A stretch of 64,000 bases of DNA from Lobosporangium transversale (taxonomy: Eukaryota), in NCBI RefSeq assembly GCF_002105155.1, contig NW_019028992.1:496001-560000 (forward strand), in the 5' to 3' direction. The translations under genes and the position numbers were made by a program. The notes under the pieces are model-generated. The model had not been told where the DNA came from and ran no database searches. It was given only the letters and a program-made list of their open reading frames with translations. How positions within the stretch are numbered: the first letter of the stretch is position 1; the number at the start of each line of letters is the position of its first letter. This document shows positions 48,588 through 61,826 of this stretch, one piece after another.

Positions 48588-50460
48588 AGTAAAGGGAGTT
48601 AGAAAAACTAAGGGAGACGCCAATGAAACGGACGTGTTATATTGTAGTCAATGTCAGCATTTTTCATTATCTTTTTATTTTTTTTTATTTTTTTTTGCCT
48701 ATTTGCATGTAATAAAACCTATATATATCATTATTCCTAGACATCTTATACTGCGCAGACATCTTTATTTCTCTTCAATCTATAGACATACACTTCTTTC
48801 TTTTATGTATGGAACATGTATCTGTGAAGAAAAGGGAATGATATTTTATTCTGAGGTAGATTTTAGTATATATTGGGGCGCAGCAGTCGTACAAATCCAA
48901 AAGCGTTTTGATAGGAACGCGTATGCTTGACCCTGAAACCTGTCCATATCCGAGCATTCGAGGGAATCAGTGCTTCTCTGGTCGGAGATTGTCTCTCTTT
49001 CACGCTTTTTTTTTGCTACTCTCCATCTGTCCATCTCAATCTCCCGATCTGAATAGACACTTTACGCGCGACACCACTTGCTTTGAGAGTGTATATTGAT
49101 CGAGGCATGAATAAAGGGATAGTACAAAAGGGGTGGAAGAGGGATGGTTGTAGACCAGGTGAGTGGTCATGCATCCTACCGTTTGTTTATCTTTTGTGAG
49201 GAGCAGATCCAATGACCATGGCCGTGACCCATGGAAATGGATAGGGGTATGTAGTTTAAAAGGATAGGGGGTATGTTGCACAAATACATGGAATGCTGTC
49301 GGTTCAATTTTTTTTTTTCTCCAAAGCGTATATTCAACTCCCTGAATAATGTTTAAATTTTGAGCATGCAAATCTAACTGATGCGCACAGCATCAGGTTT
49401 ATTTGCAATGATTGCTCATATCAACACATCAATCAATAGGTCAAAAAAATAGCAAGGAAAAATATAGTATATATTGGTACATGCAGGTTGGTGACGAAAG
49501 ACAAGAGGATGTGTCAGGGGTCTTGACAAAAGAGCTGGCGTAGTCGATTGATAAACAACATTGCATTCAACACATCTGCTCAACAAAAAAAAGCCTTTCT
49601 CTGTTTTGTAATCCTTTGGACTAGTGCATTTTTTGGTTTTCCCTCGCTTTTCTCTTTTTCCCTGTCTCTTCCTCCTTCTATCTATCGATCTTGCATAAAT
49701 CTTGTCTCTGTACAATCAACCATATACATCATTGTCATCTACCCTCTACTTCGCTATCTCTGATCTACTCTGATATTTCCGCCCTTTGTCCTCCACTCGC
49801 TTAGCACTGATCCCTTTACTCTCCATCCCCTCCATTCTCTTCATTCCTCCAGAATACTGTGCTCTCTCACTCCTGTTCCTTTGGCTCAGCACTTCGCCGT
49901 TATTTTTCTTTTTTTATGCCGTTCGTCCGTATGACCATGCCAGATTTGCTCTTGCTCTAAATCACATTGCATAATCGCCTCAAGGATTTTTTTTTTTTTT
50001 TTTTGAGCGCTGGAAGCGGGGACTACAGGAGGGACGAAGCTGCTTCCCTCGCTCGCCGATCATTCTGCATAATCAGGAACACTCATCTCTCCACCACTTG
50101 TCTTTCTATCTTTTTTTACATTAGATCCAGGACTTTCTTTCTCCCTGGTCTCTATCAACTCCTCACTTCTTCCTGCATTACACCAAAGCTCAGTCTCCGT
50201 AACGAACACTCTTCCTCATCCATTACCAATCGGTCCAATTCTTATTCTATATTTAATATCTTGGACAGACTTTCTCAGTCATCTGTGTATCCCAACTGAT
50301 CTTGAGATTTCCACCTCCACTCCTAGAGTTTGGATTCGTTGGATATTGAACAATTAGGCAAACAAACACTCAATTCATCTGCATAAGCTGCAGCTGTCTG
50401 CATATAAAAAAAGAAAATTGAACGCACGAGGGGTTTTTTTCCGTCGATTACTCTTTTTGG

Positions 50461-53400
50461 ATGGACCAAGCGACCCCATCCAATTTTTATTTGACGCTCT
50501 GTCTGTACGTCTCCTTCTACTTTCTCTTCTTCTCCGCAACCACAACAGTCGACGACAACAACAATAACGACACCGCATCAAAATCATCGCCATTCCGATT
50601 CCGTATCCCTACAGACCAAGAGCTCAAGGACAAACGTCGCGCCAAATCATTTTCAGAACAACTGGACCCATTCTTGGCAGCAACTCGAAAGGCACAGGCC
50701 ACTAAACAAGTCAAAGATATTGCAAAAGCACGAGCAAAGGCAACTCTTGGAACAATCAGTGGAGCATATCATTCTCATTCGAGGCATCATTCAAAGCAAC
50801 ATTCAAAGCAATATTCAAAAGGTCATTCATCGTCTACAGCAACCTCTAAGTTTTCCAACACTGGTAACCATTTAAGGCAACACTCAAGGCAAAAGAGTCA
50901 TCACAGCCAACATCATTACGATAGCTATCGCATTAATATCCCAGGTAGCTACTTTTTCAACGATAATACCTCCAGGAAATCAGCAAGTACTGAAAAGGCC
51001 ACCAACAACACTCCGAGTGTCCAAGCACGTGAATATAATCACCTCCATTATCAAGGTCAACAAAAGGGATCCCACTTGACGGATTATTTCTCTCCACCTC
51101 ATCCTCAACCTAATAAACAGCCACCACGATCGCCACGTAGATTCTCGCGTCAGAACCAGAAACGTTACTATCATTTTTCCACAGAAGAACCGTTAATTCG
51201 CAAGAAAAAAGACATGACAGCCCCAGCGACGGCCATAACAGAACAACCACCACATGCACAAGCACAAGCACAGCCCAGCCAGCCAAATCAAGGTTGGAAT
51301 GGTAATAAAGTTGTCCAGTCAGTAGAGGCACGAGAACAACAACATCGTCGTAGTAGTATAAACTGGGCAGATGAACCATTAGGTCAGCCATCACATTCGC
51401 AAACACAGGCACAACAGGCGACTTTGAATAGGAACTCAATGTCGCCAGACCGATACGAATCCAAGTGTCATCTTGAAGGTGAAGAGAAAAAAATACGGAA
51501 ATCACTCTTGCATCCTCTTTTTTTTAAACTACTATCCACAACTGCTCATTCTTTATCTTGACACCTTATGCTTTATTCCCACTCCGCTACATAAACGTTT
51601 ATCCTGCTCTTTCTTTTTTTATCCTCATCTGCTATCCACTGTTTATTTTTACCTACTTATTTTTGCTTATTTCCACATCATATACACCATGCATAAGAAA
51701 AAAGTCCATATCATTAACCAGCTTATCCTTCGATGCCTCTCTTTTAGAATCCGTTACACCTTCGACATTGCTAGCACATCTGCGCGTCTTACGAATGGTT
51801 CAAAGTTTAGTGATCGTGGATGATGAAGATTTAGATTTTTTATTTCTGATTCGATCTGAAGAGCGATATCTCAAGTTCCTGGATCTGCTGCAACAGATGG
51901 AGCCGCCAATTCATGCAGTTCCCTTGCCACCATTAGGTATGAAGTAAACAAAAAAAAAAAAAAAAAAAAAAAAATAGGGTTTCATACTTTTTATGCGCAT
52001 AGCTTTGCAAACAAGAAATATGGGAGGGAAAATAACTTCTCCCGACAGATGAACATACGCGCAACATTCCCTTTCCCATCTATGCATCTACAAACTCCCT
52101 AGGAATTTTTTTTTTTTTTTTTTTTTTTTTAATGCATGAATGCATGAATGTCCTAAACCTATTCTTTATTTCCGGATATCAAACAAATCGCAATAACAAC
52201 AATTAGATGTCGCGTTGATGTGGATGGTCCATATGCTGGCACCATTTCGATACCATGAAGACCTTCTCAGAAGCTACAGTCCTCATCTGCTTAATTATGC
52301 ATTTCCATTGGAGCGATATGTGAGTCAGCATTTGATTGTTGGCATGAAGTAAAAAAAATATACTTATCATTCTTTGTCCCTACAGATTTCACATTAACCA
52401 TAGTACTTCTTTTTTTTTTAGGTAGCAGCTGTAGACATTGAGAACCCAACGACACATGATGATGCATTTTTGACTAGTAAGGCTATGTGGCTGCAACTTT
52501 ACCCAGAGGAGCCCTTTGATTTGGATAAGGATGACACAAGCCGGATGTTTGAGATTGAATGCCTTTGGTGTGGCGGCACCAACGTGATGGATAGTTCGAC
52601 CTTTATCAAATTCCGGATCGATGGCATGTCAATCGACTGTAAAGGCTGTGGATCTCAATGTAGTCTCCAGACTCTATCCTCTAAACGATTCTGGGACGGA
52701 GTTGAAGCCTATCGTGCTGATTCGTCCATTCTTCTCGCGTAAGACAAAAAAATAGAGAAAGACAATGGGAAGAGGGAAAAATAAGAGCAAGAAGTGAGCG
52801 AGAGTAATGGCATGGAGTATTTTGGTTACAATGAGCTGAATTTCCTTTTTTTTTTTTTTTACGAAACAGGGGATCGATCCTCTCACCTACAACAGGGATA
52901 CCAGACACAGTAGCAGCACAACGTGAGCACCATCTTCTTTTCTTCCACCCTCGGATCCAATTTGCACTCGATCAAGCATCCGTGTCCCTTAATTGTACAT
53001 GGCCCAAGGTAATCCAAACGTTTCAGGATCTAGGACCAGATCAATACTATGGAATTCGACCAACGACACTCGCTCGAACGATTAGCTCATATATGGGCCT
53101 TGTTGAAGACCGACTGTCGATGGATCTGGTTAGTGGAGCCCTTCGACAGCGTGATTTCCAAAAGGCCATGATGGTTACAGGTGGATTAGCTTGGTGTCAA
53201 CCTCAGGTTCTGCAACGGTCTCTGGATCGCTACAAAAAATTCATGGTTCTCGCACGTGCGGACAATAATCACACAGGTAAATCATCAGCAAAGCTACGTC
53301 GAGGCAGTGGTATCACGGGCATGTCTTCCAAGGCTGCAGGGGGAGGAAATCTTGGAGCAGGCCAACCCGGTCGACATGCATTAGTCCCTACATTGGATAT

Positions 53401-54304
53401 TGATCTGGCCTGGCATACACACATGTTGGACCCAGCACACTATCGATACTATCAATTAACCCATTACGGCAAGGTGTTGAACCATGATGACACCATCCAG
53501 GCATCCTCGGCAATGACAAAGCAGGATTTTATGAGGACTGCAGAGCTTTGGCAGGACCTTTACCAGGAAAAGTATAGCACTCAACAGATGACATGGCGAA
53601 AACAAGGGGCCATGTTGACACCAGGCAAATTGTGTGCAGGTGTATGCTTTCCTCCTTTTGGCGTCTATCTACTCTGGAAGCACTGGAGATCCAACAAAAA
53701 GGCCAGACAGGCAAATGGAGGCCCTGGCTCTGAGAAGAAAACAAAAAAGACCAAACAAAGTAAAAAAAGCAAGCGGGGAAACGAGGAGACTAAAACGAAT
53801 AAAGACACGGAAAAGTCGAAAGCTGAGGAGAGCAGCTTTAAAGAGAAGGAGGGCTCCTTGACTTACGGCGACAAAAACAACGATGCCGATAGTAATAACA
53901 ACAACAATAGTAATCAGAATTGTAATAATAATAGTAATAATAATATTAATAATGGTAATGGTAATAATAACGGCGGCAACACCACCAACAAGCCTGGAAA
54001 GCGTTCAGAGCTGATGATCGAAGAGCTGGCAGTTCAGGATGAATCTTTGTCATCACAGCAAACACAACGACATGATGTAAAAGGCAAGGGAAAAGTTGTC
54101 AGCAACGATGTACATCTGGACCTTAATAACAACAAAAACAGAACCAGCTCTCCAGACCATGGTGCAAGGAACCTCACTGCAGGACTTGGTTTAGATGGAC
54201 GATTGAGCAATTGGAACGGTGATGCTGCGGGACCAGCCGGGTAAGAACAAAAATAAATGATAAGCAATCATCCAATTTTACAATCATAAGGAAGACTAAT
54301 CTTT

Positions 54305-54337
<33 letters not shown>

Positions 54338-54579
54338 TATTAGACAAGCATCATGTTCATCTGGAGCCTGTGTCATGTCACCATGGAACGAACTTCAAGG
54401 TAAATAAAACATTAAAAAAAGGCTCTGTGTATCTGTTATACCTGTTACCTTTTGAAGGAAAGCTTTTCGCTAAAACTGGCCAACTATTTTTTGTTTTTGC
54501 ACGTATAGACCTTGCTCCCATTGTTAATCTGCACCAACAACCGCAACAACAACGTGAGCTTAGGAAGGAAAGGACATGA
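50461..54579 (+). CDS. GRDP1-like / DUF1399 glycine-rich-domain family protein (start uncertain)
   Basis: Exons about 50461-51478, 51749-51937, 52207-52319, 52422-52738, 52870-54240, 54344-54398, 54509-54579. Duplicated motifs PPLDVALMWMVHML.P..Y and VPTLDIDLAWHTHML.P..Y...NHDD. Confidence 0.82.
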
Positions 54580-54708
54580 TGTCTGATGTTTTTATTGTAG
54601 TATATTTACCATGTTAATAACAATAATAACAACACGATTGCGTTTATTTCATTTGTATACACCATGAGATGCAATATATTGTTTTTTTATTTTTATTTTT
54701 TTTGTGGT

Positions 54709-57700
54709 TTAAGCGTTATTTGCCAAGGAAGTGAGTGCTTGAGCAGCATCTGTATCATCCTCAGATTGCTTGGCCCGAATATTCAACATGTCTACATCCT
54801 CAACCGACTTTTCAGGACCCGAAAGATCAACCTTTGGCTCGTTATCGTTACTAGCTGTATCAACTACCACAACTACAATACCACTGTCCCGATGACGTGA
54901 TTCACCTTTAGCATTTTGTAATTCAGCTCCCAACATCTTCTCCTGCTGCTGCTTGGCACGCTTGGGTGAGTTTAATAAAGCCTTGGTGGCTGCACTCTCT
55001 TCATCCTCAAAAGTGCCTTTGTATGATGAGGAACGCTTACGGTGGTTTGGACTAGCAGGATAAGACATGCTAGATGTCACGGATGACGAAGGTGAAGCAG
55101 GCATTTCCTCTGCTGGATTCGTTGCTGCAGATCGATCCATCTCCTTCTCTTGGACCTTCTTGCTACCCTGTTGCTTTGATGCAGATTGGCTCTTGTTTGA
55201 TCCATTCGCTGTGTTTCGCTTCCTTTGTACAATCCAAGGTTCTTCCTGGATGAAGATCGGCTCAGGCTGAGGTGGACGCGCAGGGGCAGTAGGTTGCAAT
55301 GAAGTGGGTTGCTGAGATGGATGAGGTGGGTATCCATGCTGATGATGAGGATGATGAGATGGGGGAGGAGCATGGGGGTGAGGAGGGTATCCGTACGAGG
55401 GGTGATATGGATATGGATAAGGGTATCCATGAGGGTAACCATGTCCAGGCATGTAGTGATTAGGATGAGGTGGGGGTGGGGGTGGTCCATCTGGAACCTC
55501 ATGTCCCCAGTGAGGATAAGGCGAGGTAGCGGGCGAGGGTCCAGAGGGAGGCGAAGTCACTGAGGGCGAACGGGGCATCATGGGTGAGAGCATAAATGGT
55601 GAAATAGGACCTGGTTCATCTCCGGACCTTTGATGGTGGGGTGACAAAGTTTGGCTATTGCGATGGCCATTGCTCTTGCCTGCTTCACTACTGCTGCTGT
55701 TACTATTTGCTTGGTTATAAGAAGGATGGAGGTGCTGCTGAGAAGGGATCTTGAGCGGCGGCAAAGTTGAACCAGAACGATGAGCTCCAAATTTACTATT
55801 AGAGGACCCGTTAGCAGAAGATGGAGGGCTCCGATGTTCAGCAGCGAGATCATTGCTTGAGGTGGATTGACCTGTTGGTCCAGATGGCGACTGGAGCTGT
55901 AGGCTGGCTAGTGAGGTGATGGGAGGCAACGAAGGCGAAGGCGATGCAGAACGGTGCTGCATGAAAGGAGATAGTTGATTCTTGTCTTTGCTGGAAGAGT
56001 TCTCGGAGCTTGTCCCCTGAGAAAAGGGATTCTGGCGTGTGGAGGGAGAAGGAGATACTGGCGAAGGAGGGAAAGCAGATGAGGAGCCATTCGAGCCAAT
56101 ATATTTTGAGGGCGGGAACATGGGCGATGTAGAGAACGAGCTTGCAGGGCTAGCACAATCAGTCAGAGAATTGGAGCGTTGATGATAGGACTGTGTGCCA
56201 TTATGTTCTGAAGGGGCAGTGATGATGGAAATAGGTGGAGGCATAAGTGTATCTTTGGACTGGGTAGAGGATACTTTATCTGAGGATGGACTGGGAGCGT
56301 TGGTGACGATCACGGGTGGATTGGCCATAACCTTGGCAGGTGTAAGTCTTGGTGACTGTGAGCGCGAGACGGAAGACATGGCTGAGAACGATGAGGATCT
56401 GGAGGAAGCTCTCTCCGCATGTGTGAGCTGACCCTCCTCAATCTCATCGTTTTCTTCCTGCTTGACCGACTCGGCCGTATCCACATCCATAGACATGCTC
56501 TCCCCCTCTGTTGTTGTCGCCGTTGTTGTTGTAGTAGCAGTTGCACCTGTGCTAGTCTCAGCTCCTACTGTAACTGATACTTCAGGAATAGAAAAGCCTT
56601 GTTCCTTTGCAGCATCAAGAGACCGGGTAAGCGCAGTGTTAGTCTCAGTCAGGAACTTGATGTGTGCCACAGCTCCACGCAGGACATTGACGCGATGACA
56701 TTTTGAAGTGACCTCCTCGAGGTGCTTTGGAGGAAGCAATCGGGTAAGATCGTCAATCAACTACCAAATGCAAATGCGTGAGACAGGAAGAAAGAAAGGG
56801 TGAGAATCAAAGTTTGATCAAAGAATTTTTTTTTTTGTGTCGCACGAACTGAGACAAAATCTCAGAACCAAACCCAGAAGAGGAAAAACCGGGGACATGT
56901 GCTCCTCCTACAGCGCTTTTTCATGTCTGGTATCTGATGATGACCACTAAAAGAGGAAGTACTGTATTGAGAGTTGTCGATTTTTTACCTGATTGATGCA
57001 ATCGCGCCTTTTACGTTCGACACGGTTATGGGTCTCTCTCCGCCGCTGCAGTTTGTCTAATGCAGTTCGGGTATCGAGCGGCTTACGGTTCAAGATATTG
57101 ACACCTGCAAGGCCAAAAGATTTTGTGGTATTGTATGTCTCGGAAGAGATACTTCCTTCAAATCGAAAGGTCTTTGGAGCAGTTGATGACTTTGATGAGG
57201 ATGTGGATGTAGTCTTGCTATCAGATGGTGCGGTTGCAGCTTTGCCATCCTTAGCCTTTGATGGTGTGGACTTTGACTGGCTAGGCTTTGCTGTTGACTT
57301 TTGTGCTGCTGAGGATACGTCAGTGGCCGGATCAAAAGTGGATGAAGACTGAGCAGATGGTGAGGTTGGCACGGATGGACTTGCTGAGATGGTATCATGA
57401 GGAGCAGGGGGTTGAAGGTGAGTTGATGATGGATAAGGAGCATGATGGTATGCGAGATGGGCTGGGGGATGTGATGGATAAGGGGGATAAGGTGCTGCAG
57501 CATATGGATGGTATGGGTAATAGGGTGGTTGTTGATGGGAGGATGGAGGTGGAGGGTGTCCAGGATGATGGTAATAATGTGGGGGCGGATAGGCGGACGA
57601 ATGTGGAGATGGAGGATGTGAATGGCTGTAGCTAGGATGTGTGCTCAGGCCTGATGAAGTGGAGGTGCTATGACTCGAGCGTGAGGAGTGAGAGTGGGAC

Positions 57701-57768
57701 TGAGTGGAGGTCTGAAGCCCAGGCCAGGGAGCATTATTTGGTGGCACCATTATTTCCTGATTTGCCAT
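54709..57768 (-). CDS. bHLH transcription factor with long S/P/H-rich disordered regions
   Basis: Exons 57768-56989, 56760-54709. RRETHNRVERKRRDCINQ|LIDDLTRLLP...RVNVLRGAVAHIKFL, with an H-E-R basic region typical of CACGTG binders. Confidence 0.9.
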
Positions 57769-60700
57769 GATGAAAATTTGTATCTGTGTGAAATTCTGAC
57801 TAGGAATGAAGGACTGAAGCGGAGAGAGCAAAGTGTACAAGTGGAGAAAATAGGGATTGAAGGATCAAGTGCAAATGATGCTGTTATGCCAACTAGAGTA
57901 ATAGAAAGAATAAGAGGAAATCAAACTAAAGTGAGAAAAAAAAGGTCAAATGGTTCAAGAAAAGAAGAAAGAAGGAAAGAAAGAAGGAAGAAAGGAAGGA
58001 AAGAAAGGAAAATAAAATAAAAATAAGAGGAAAGCACTTTGACTAACGGGCGGAACAGGTTTATTTTTTTTTTGGTCGAATCCTCGGTAACGAAAGAACG
58101 AATAGACGCTCCTCCGTACACGCATACGTTATTATTACTGTAAATAATAAGGATCCACATTCGATTCAATTGCAAATCTCTAAACAAAACTTTTTTTTTT
58201 TATTTGGCTGGACTGTAGAGCAAGAGCAATGGACAAAAAAGAGTTGGAGGGGCATGTGCTGCACAAACTGTCCAGCTGTCCGAAATTTACTCCTTGTTCC
58301 TTTTGTGTCAACTTTTTCTCGTCTATCTTTTTTCGGTAATATATATTTATTAATTGTCAATTGTAAATTATAAAGAGATCACAATCAACAAACAAATTGT
58401 CTATGTTTTGAAATTCAGTAAATACATCCAAGTTATCTGATGGATGCAATCACAGCAAAATTCAACTACATAAACATATAAATATATAAATATTTATTAT
58501 ATATAATATACATGTGTATGCAACTGTTATTTGACCTTGAGTATAATAACTCCAGTATTAAGTAACCACGCAACAGTTGAACGATCTATCAAATCCATAT
58601 AGCCGCCTCAGATCCCTTTAACATGGCTCACCTTGACCTTGCTCTCTGCTGAGAGAAAAGACCTTTTTTTTTTGGCATCCATCAATTTTATTCTTTGTTC
58701 GCGGTTACTTGTATAAAACGTTTGTTTTTCTGGGCGAGTGTACAACAGGTGCAAAGTTATTCCTGCTTTGGTTTAATGTTTGAGTTTCTTGTTGACATCC
58801 AAGCGCGAGCATATTAGCAAGAATATTATCAATATGTATATATACCAATACTGCATTTACCATCCTATATGTATATATTTATTTCATGATACTCGTCAGT
58901 CTTGCTCGATCTCATACCATCTCTGATCAGAACAATAAATGTTGAAATATCGTATTTGACGACAACAATGACGATGATGACGAGAAGGAAAAAAAAAAGG
59001 TCCTTTATCAGCTTTTGTGAAGGGTTGACAAACTAAAAAAGTCTGAATGAATGCATGAATAAGGGTGCAATGCCTGTATGCACATCTGATTTCAGGGGGT
59101 TTTGCAGCGAGCGAGCTACTTTTGGTCAGACACCTCGCTTCCTTTCGTTCGGGGACATGTTCTTTCCCAAATCAGGCCCATGTGGACGGATGGACAACAA
59201 ACTATTCGAGGCATTCCAAAACAAACAACAGCTCGGCTTTACATTTACCTGATAAAAGTTTACAAAATGGAAATCATGGAAACATGGAATCATTGCCATA
59301 ATAATTTTATTTGAATCTTTGTTGTACAATCACAACCTCCGCTCAATCTTTGCCTCAATGTGTAAATTCGCCCTGGAAGTCTGGGCGGGGGACACAAACC
59401 ATCCATTTGAGCCTACTACAACCCAAAAAGCTAATGTCCAGACCTGCTCATCGTTACCAATACTTTTCTTTTCTTTTCTTTTCTTTTTTGTATTATATAT
59501 TTGGATTATTGGTACTTTTGACTTTGAGTATGTAAAAAACACGACTTTAATACCTGGCGACTCTATTTTAATAGAAGTCATGAGTACATCTTTCACCAAG
59601 ACCCCAATCTGGATTGGAAGGTCTTAGTCTATGTAATGCACATGAAAAACACTAAATCTAAGCATTTGAATAGAAATAGCCGTAACTGAGCTCGAGGTCT
59701 ATTTTCTAATTCTCAGGTTGTTATTCCATTTTTTAAAAACAAATACATACAAATATTTTATAAATAATCGCGCCAGAAAAAGAAGTTTTAGCCCTGTGGT
59801 CTCTTGATGTTATTTCGTTGATCAATCTACCCTTGAAAGTGTATACTGTCTTCAAAAAAAAAAAAAAAAAAAAAAAGAGAGAGACAGGTTATTTACGACA
59901 CCGAGTCTTTATCTCGAGCAATTCCCCGTTGGCGGTCTTTGAGTTCGCACTCAATTGGATGAGAAGAGAGTTGAAGATACACACATGTAGACCTTAAAAT
60001 ATGAATGTAAATTCGATGAATAAAGAATCTTGTTATTGGTGTAAATATATATATATATATATAAGTCGCTAATAAACAGTTTGCTGGACAATCTTCGAAA
60101 AAGAGATGATCAGACATTCTAGAAAAGTATAAAAAGGACATGTCCAATAATTTGAGCTCAAACACAATAAACTACTAACCCGTCTTTTGTGATCACACAC
60201 CCATAAACACAACATGAAACTTTTTTTTCACTCTCGACACTAAGACTAGACAGACCAGAGGGCCAGGCTCTCAGTCCATTCTTGGGACTCACTGGGTCTT
60301 CGACTTCCCCTTTAGGGTCATTCAGTCCATACATTTTCCCTTTTCGTTGCATGCCTCCGTTTATTTTTAGCTCCCCATTGGTCTTCTTGTTTATTGTGTG
60401 CTTTGTTTCCATGGAACATTAGGAAGGCCATACATTTTATCATTTTATCATTTATCATTTATCACGTTGTTCCTTTTGCCTGTTGGACTCTTTTTACAAA
60501 TCAAGCTTAGCCAAATAAAAAAAAATTGTTTAAATGCAAAGCCTCAAGCCTCGCATTGACAGCAACTTCATCTAGGTTGTATCTCCCATTATCGTAGCGG
60601 ATTGAAACAGAAAGGACTGAACATATGACTTATGAAAGAAAAATAGCATCGCCCACCTCATTTTTTTTACTTCAAAAATTCCGGATACGGAATTCTAAGA

Positions 60701-61549
60701 AGGGATTATCCATTTACATTCACACGCACGCTTTTTTAAGGCCTAAACATGCTTATTCATTTCTTCACTTTCGCCTCATCCCTGCACCTTTTTTTTCTCC
60801 TATCTCAATCTAAATAATGGACAAATAAGCAAATCGCCCGCTTTTTCTGCTTGGCTAATGAGATAAACAGAGTTTTAGGCAATCGCCCCAGTTGCATATG
60901 TAGACTAGCCATAGTAGCAAATAATAAACTATTCTTGAACGTAAGGAGATTTTTTTTTTACCGAGATTTTCTAGTGATTTTTAATGCCAGTTAAAGTTAG
61001 AATGGGTACATTTACATATTTATAATAAACAGTGTCATACGCCTCTCAACTGTCTAGGCTTTCTCATCATTGAAAAATGAAAATAAAAACAAGCTCCTTT
61101 ATTTGCGTCCTTCAGTTCAACGCCCAAGATTGGAAAACACGCCGCGTGGATTAGTTTACTTCTTTTGGGCATATGCGCTTTTGGGAGAATGGTTGTCTAG
61201 AATAGTCGTACATGTGCAGTCGAACCTCTTTGATGTCGTTACACAAATTTAGGCTTGTTGCTCCTTGTATAAATATATTTTACGATCAGATTTCACTCAC
61301 AGCAAGTAGATTCTTGATTGTGAATTGCATTGCACAAATCCACATTTATATAATACCGTCCATGCTTATTCATGTATCCAGACACATGTCGATATTTATA
61401 TTGTCGAACGCAAACTATCTACAGCTATACATTTGACATCACTTTTTATCTTTCATCGCCTTTTTTATCTTTATTCAAAGAGGCAAGGTAAAGGGTGAAA
61501 GGAATTAATTGGGTGATGTCTGGACGACAAATAAGACGAAGCTACTAAG

Positions 61550-61826
61550 TGGCTCCATCCTTCGTCACGAATTGAAGCTTGATGACTCGATCGCTACTCT
61601 CAAGAGGGCCATCAAGGAAGAGAAAAAACCTAAATTAGACGATACCTCCACTGTGCCGCCATTTCAATGGACGTTGATGACGACGAGACAGAGGACAAAC
61701 CAATTTCATTAGAGGAGCACAAGGCAAATGTAAAGAAAATAGCCGCGAAGCAGGCAACAAACAATATCTTCAAGCTATTTGACATCACCTCTGCCTGAGG
61801 AGACTATCCGCGTCGTAAGGGAATAG
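61550..61826 (+). pseudogene. Crinkler (CRN) N-terminal ubiquitin-like domain relic
   Basis: Across two frameshifts: DDSIATLKRAIKEEKKPKLDD / LHCAAISMDVDDDETEDKPISLEE...ATNNIFKLF / LPEETIRVV, matching the CRN header pattern LK..IK.EK...DD..L.L...(acidic)...P..TIHIIV. Confidence 0.65.

Noticed and set aside
58160..61450. Short ORFs upstream of the bHLH gene
   Set aside because: No motifs or coherent exon chain. Consistent with a long regulatory intergenic region.
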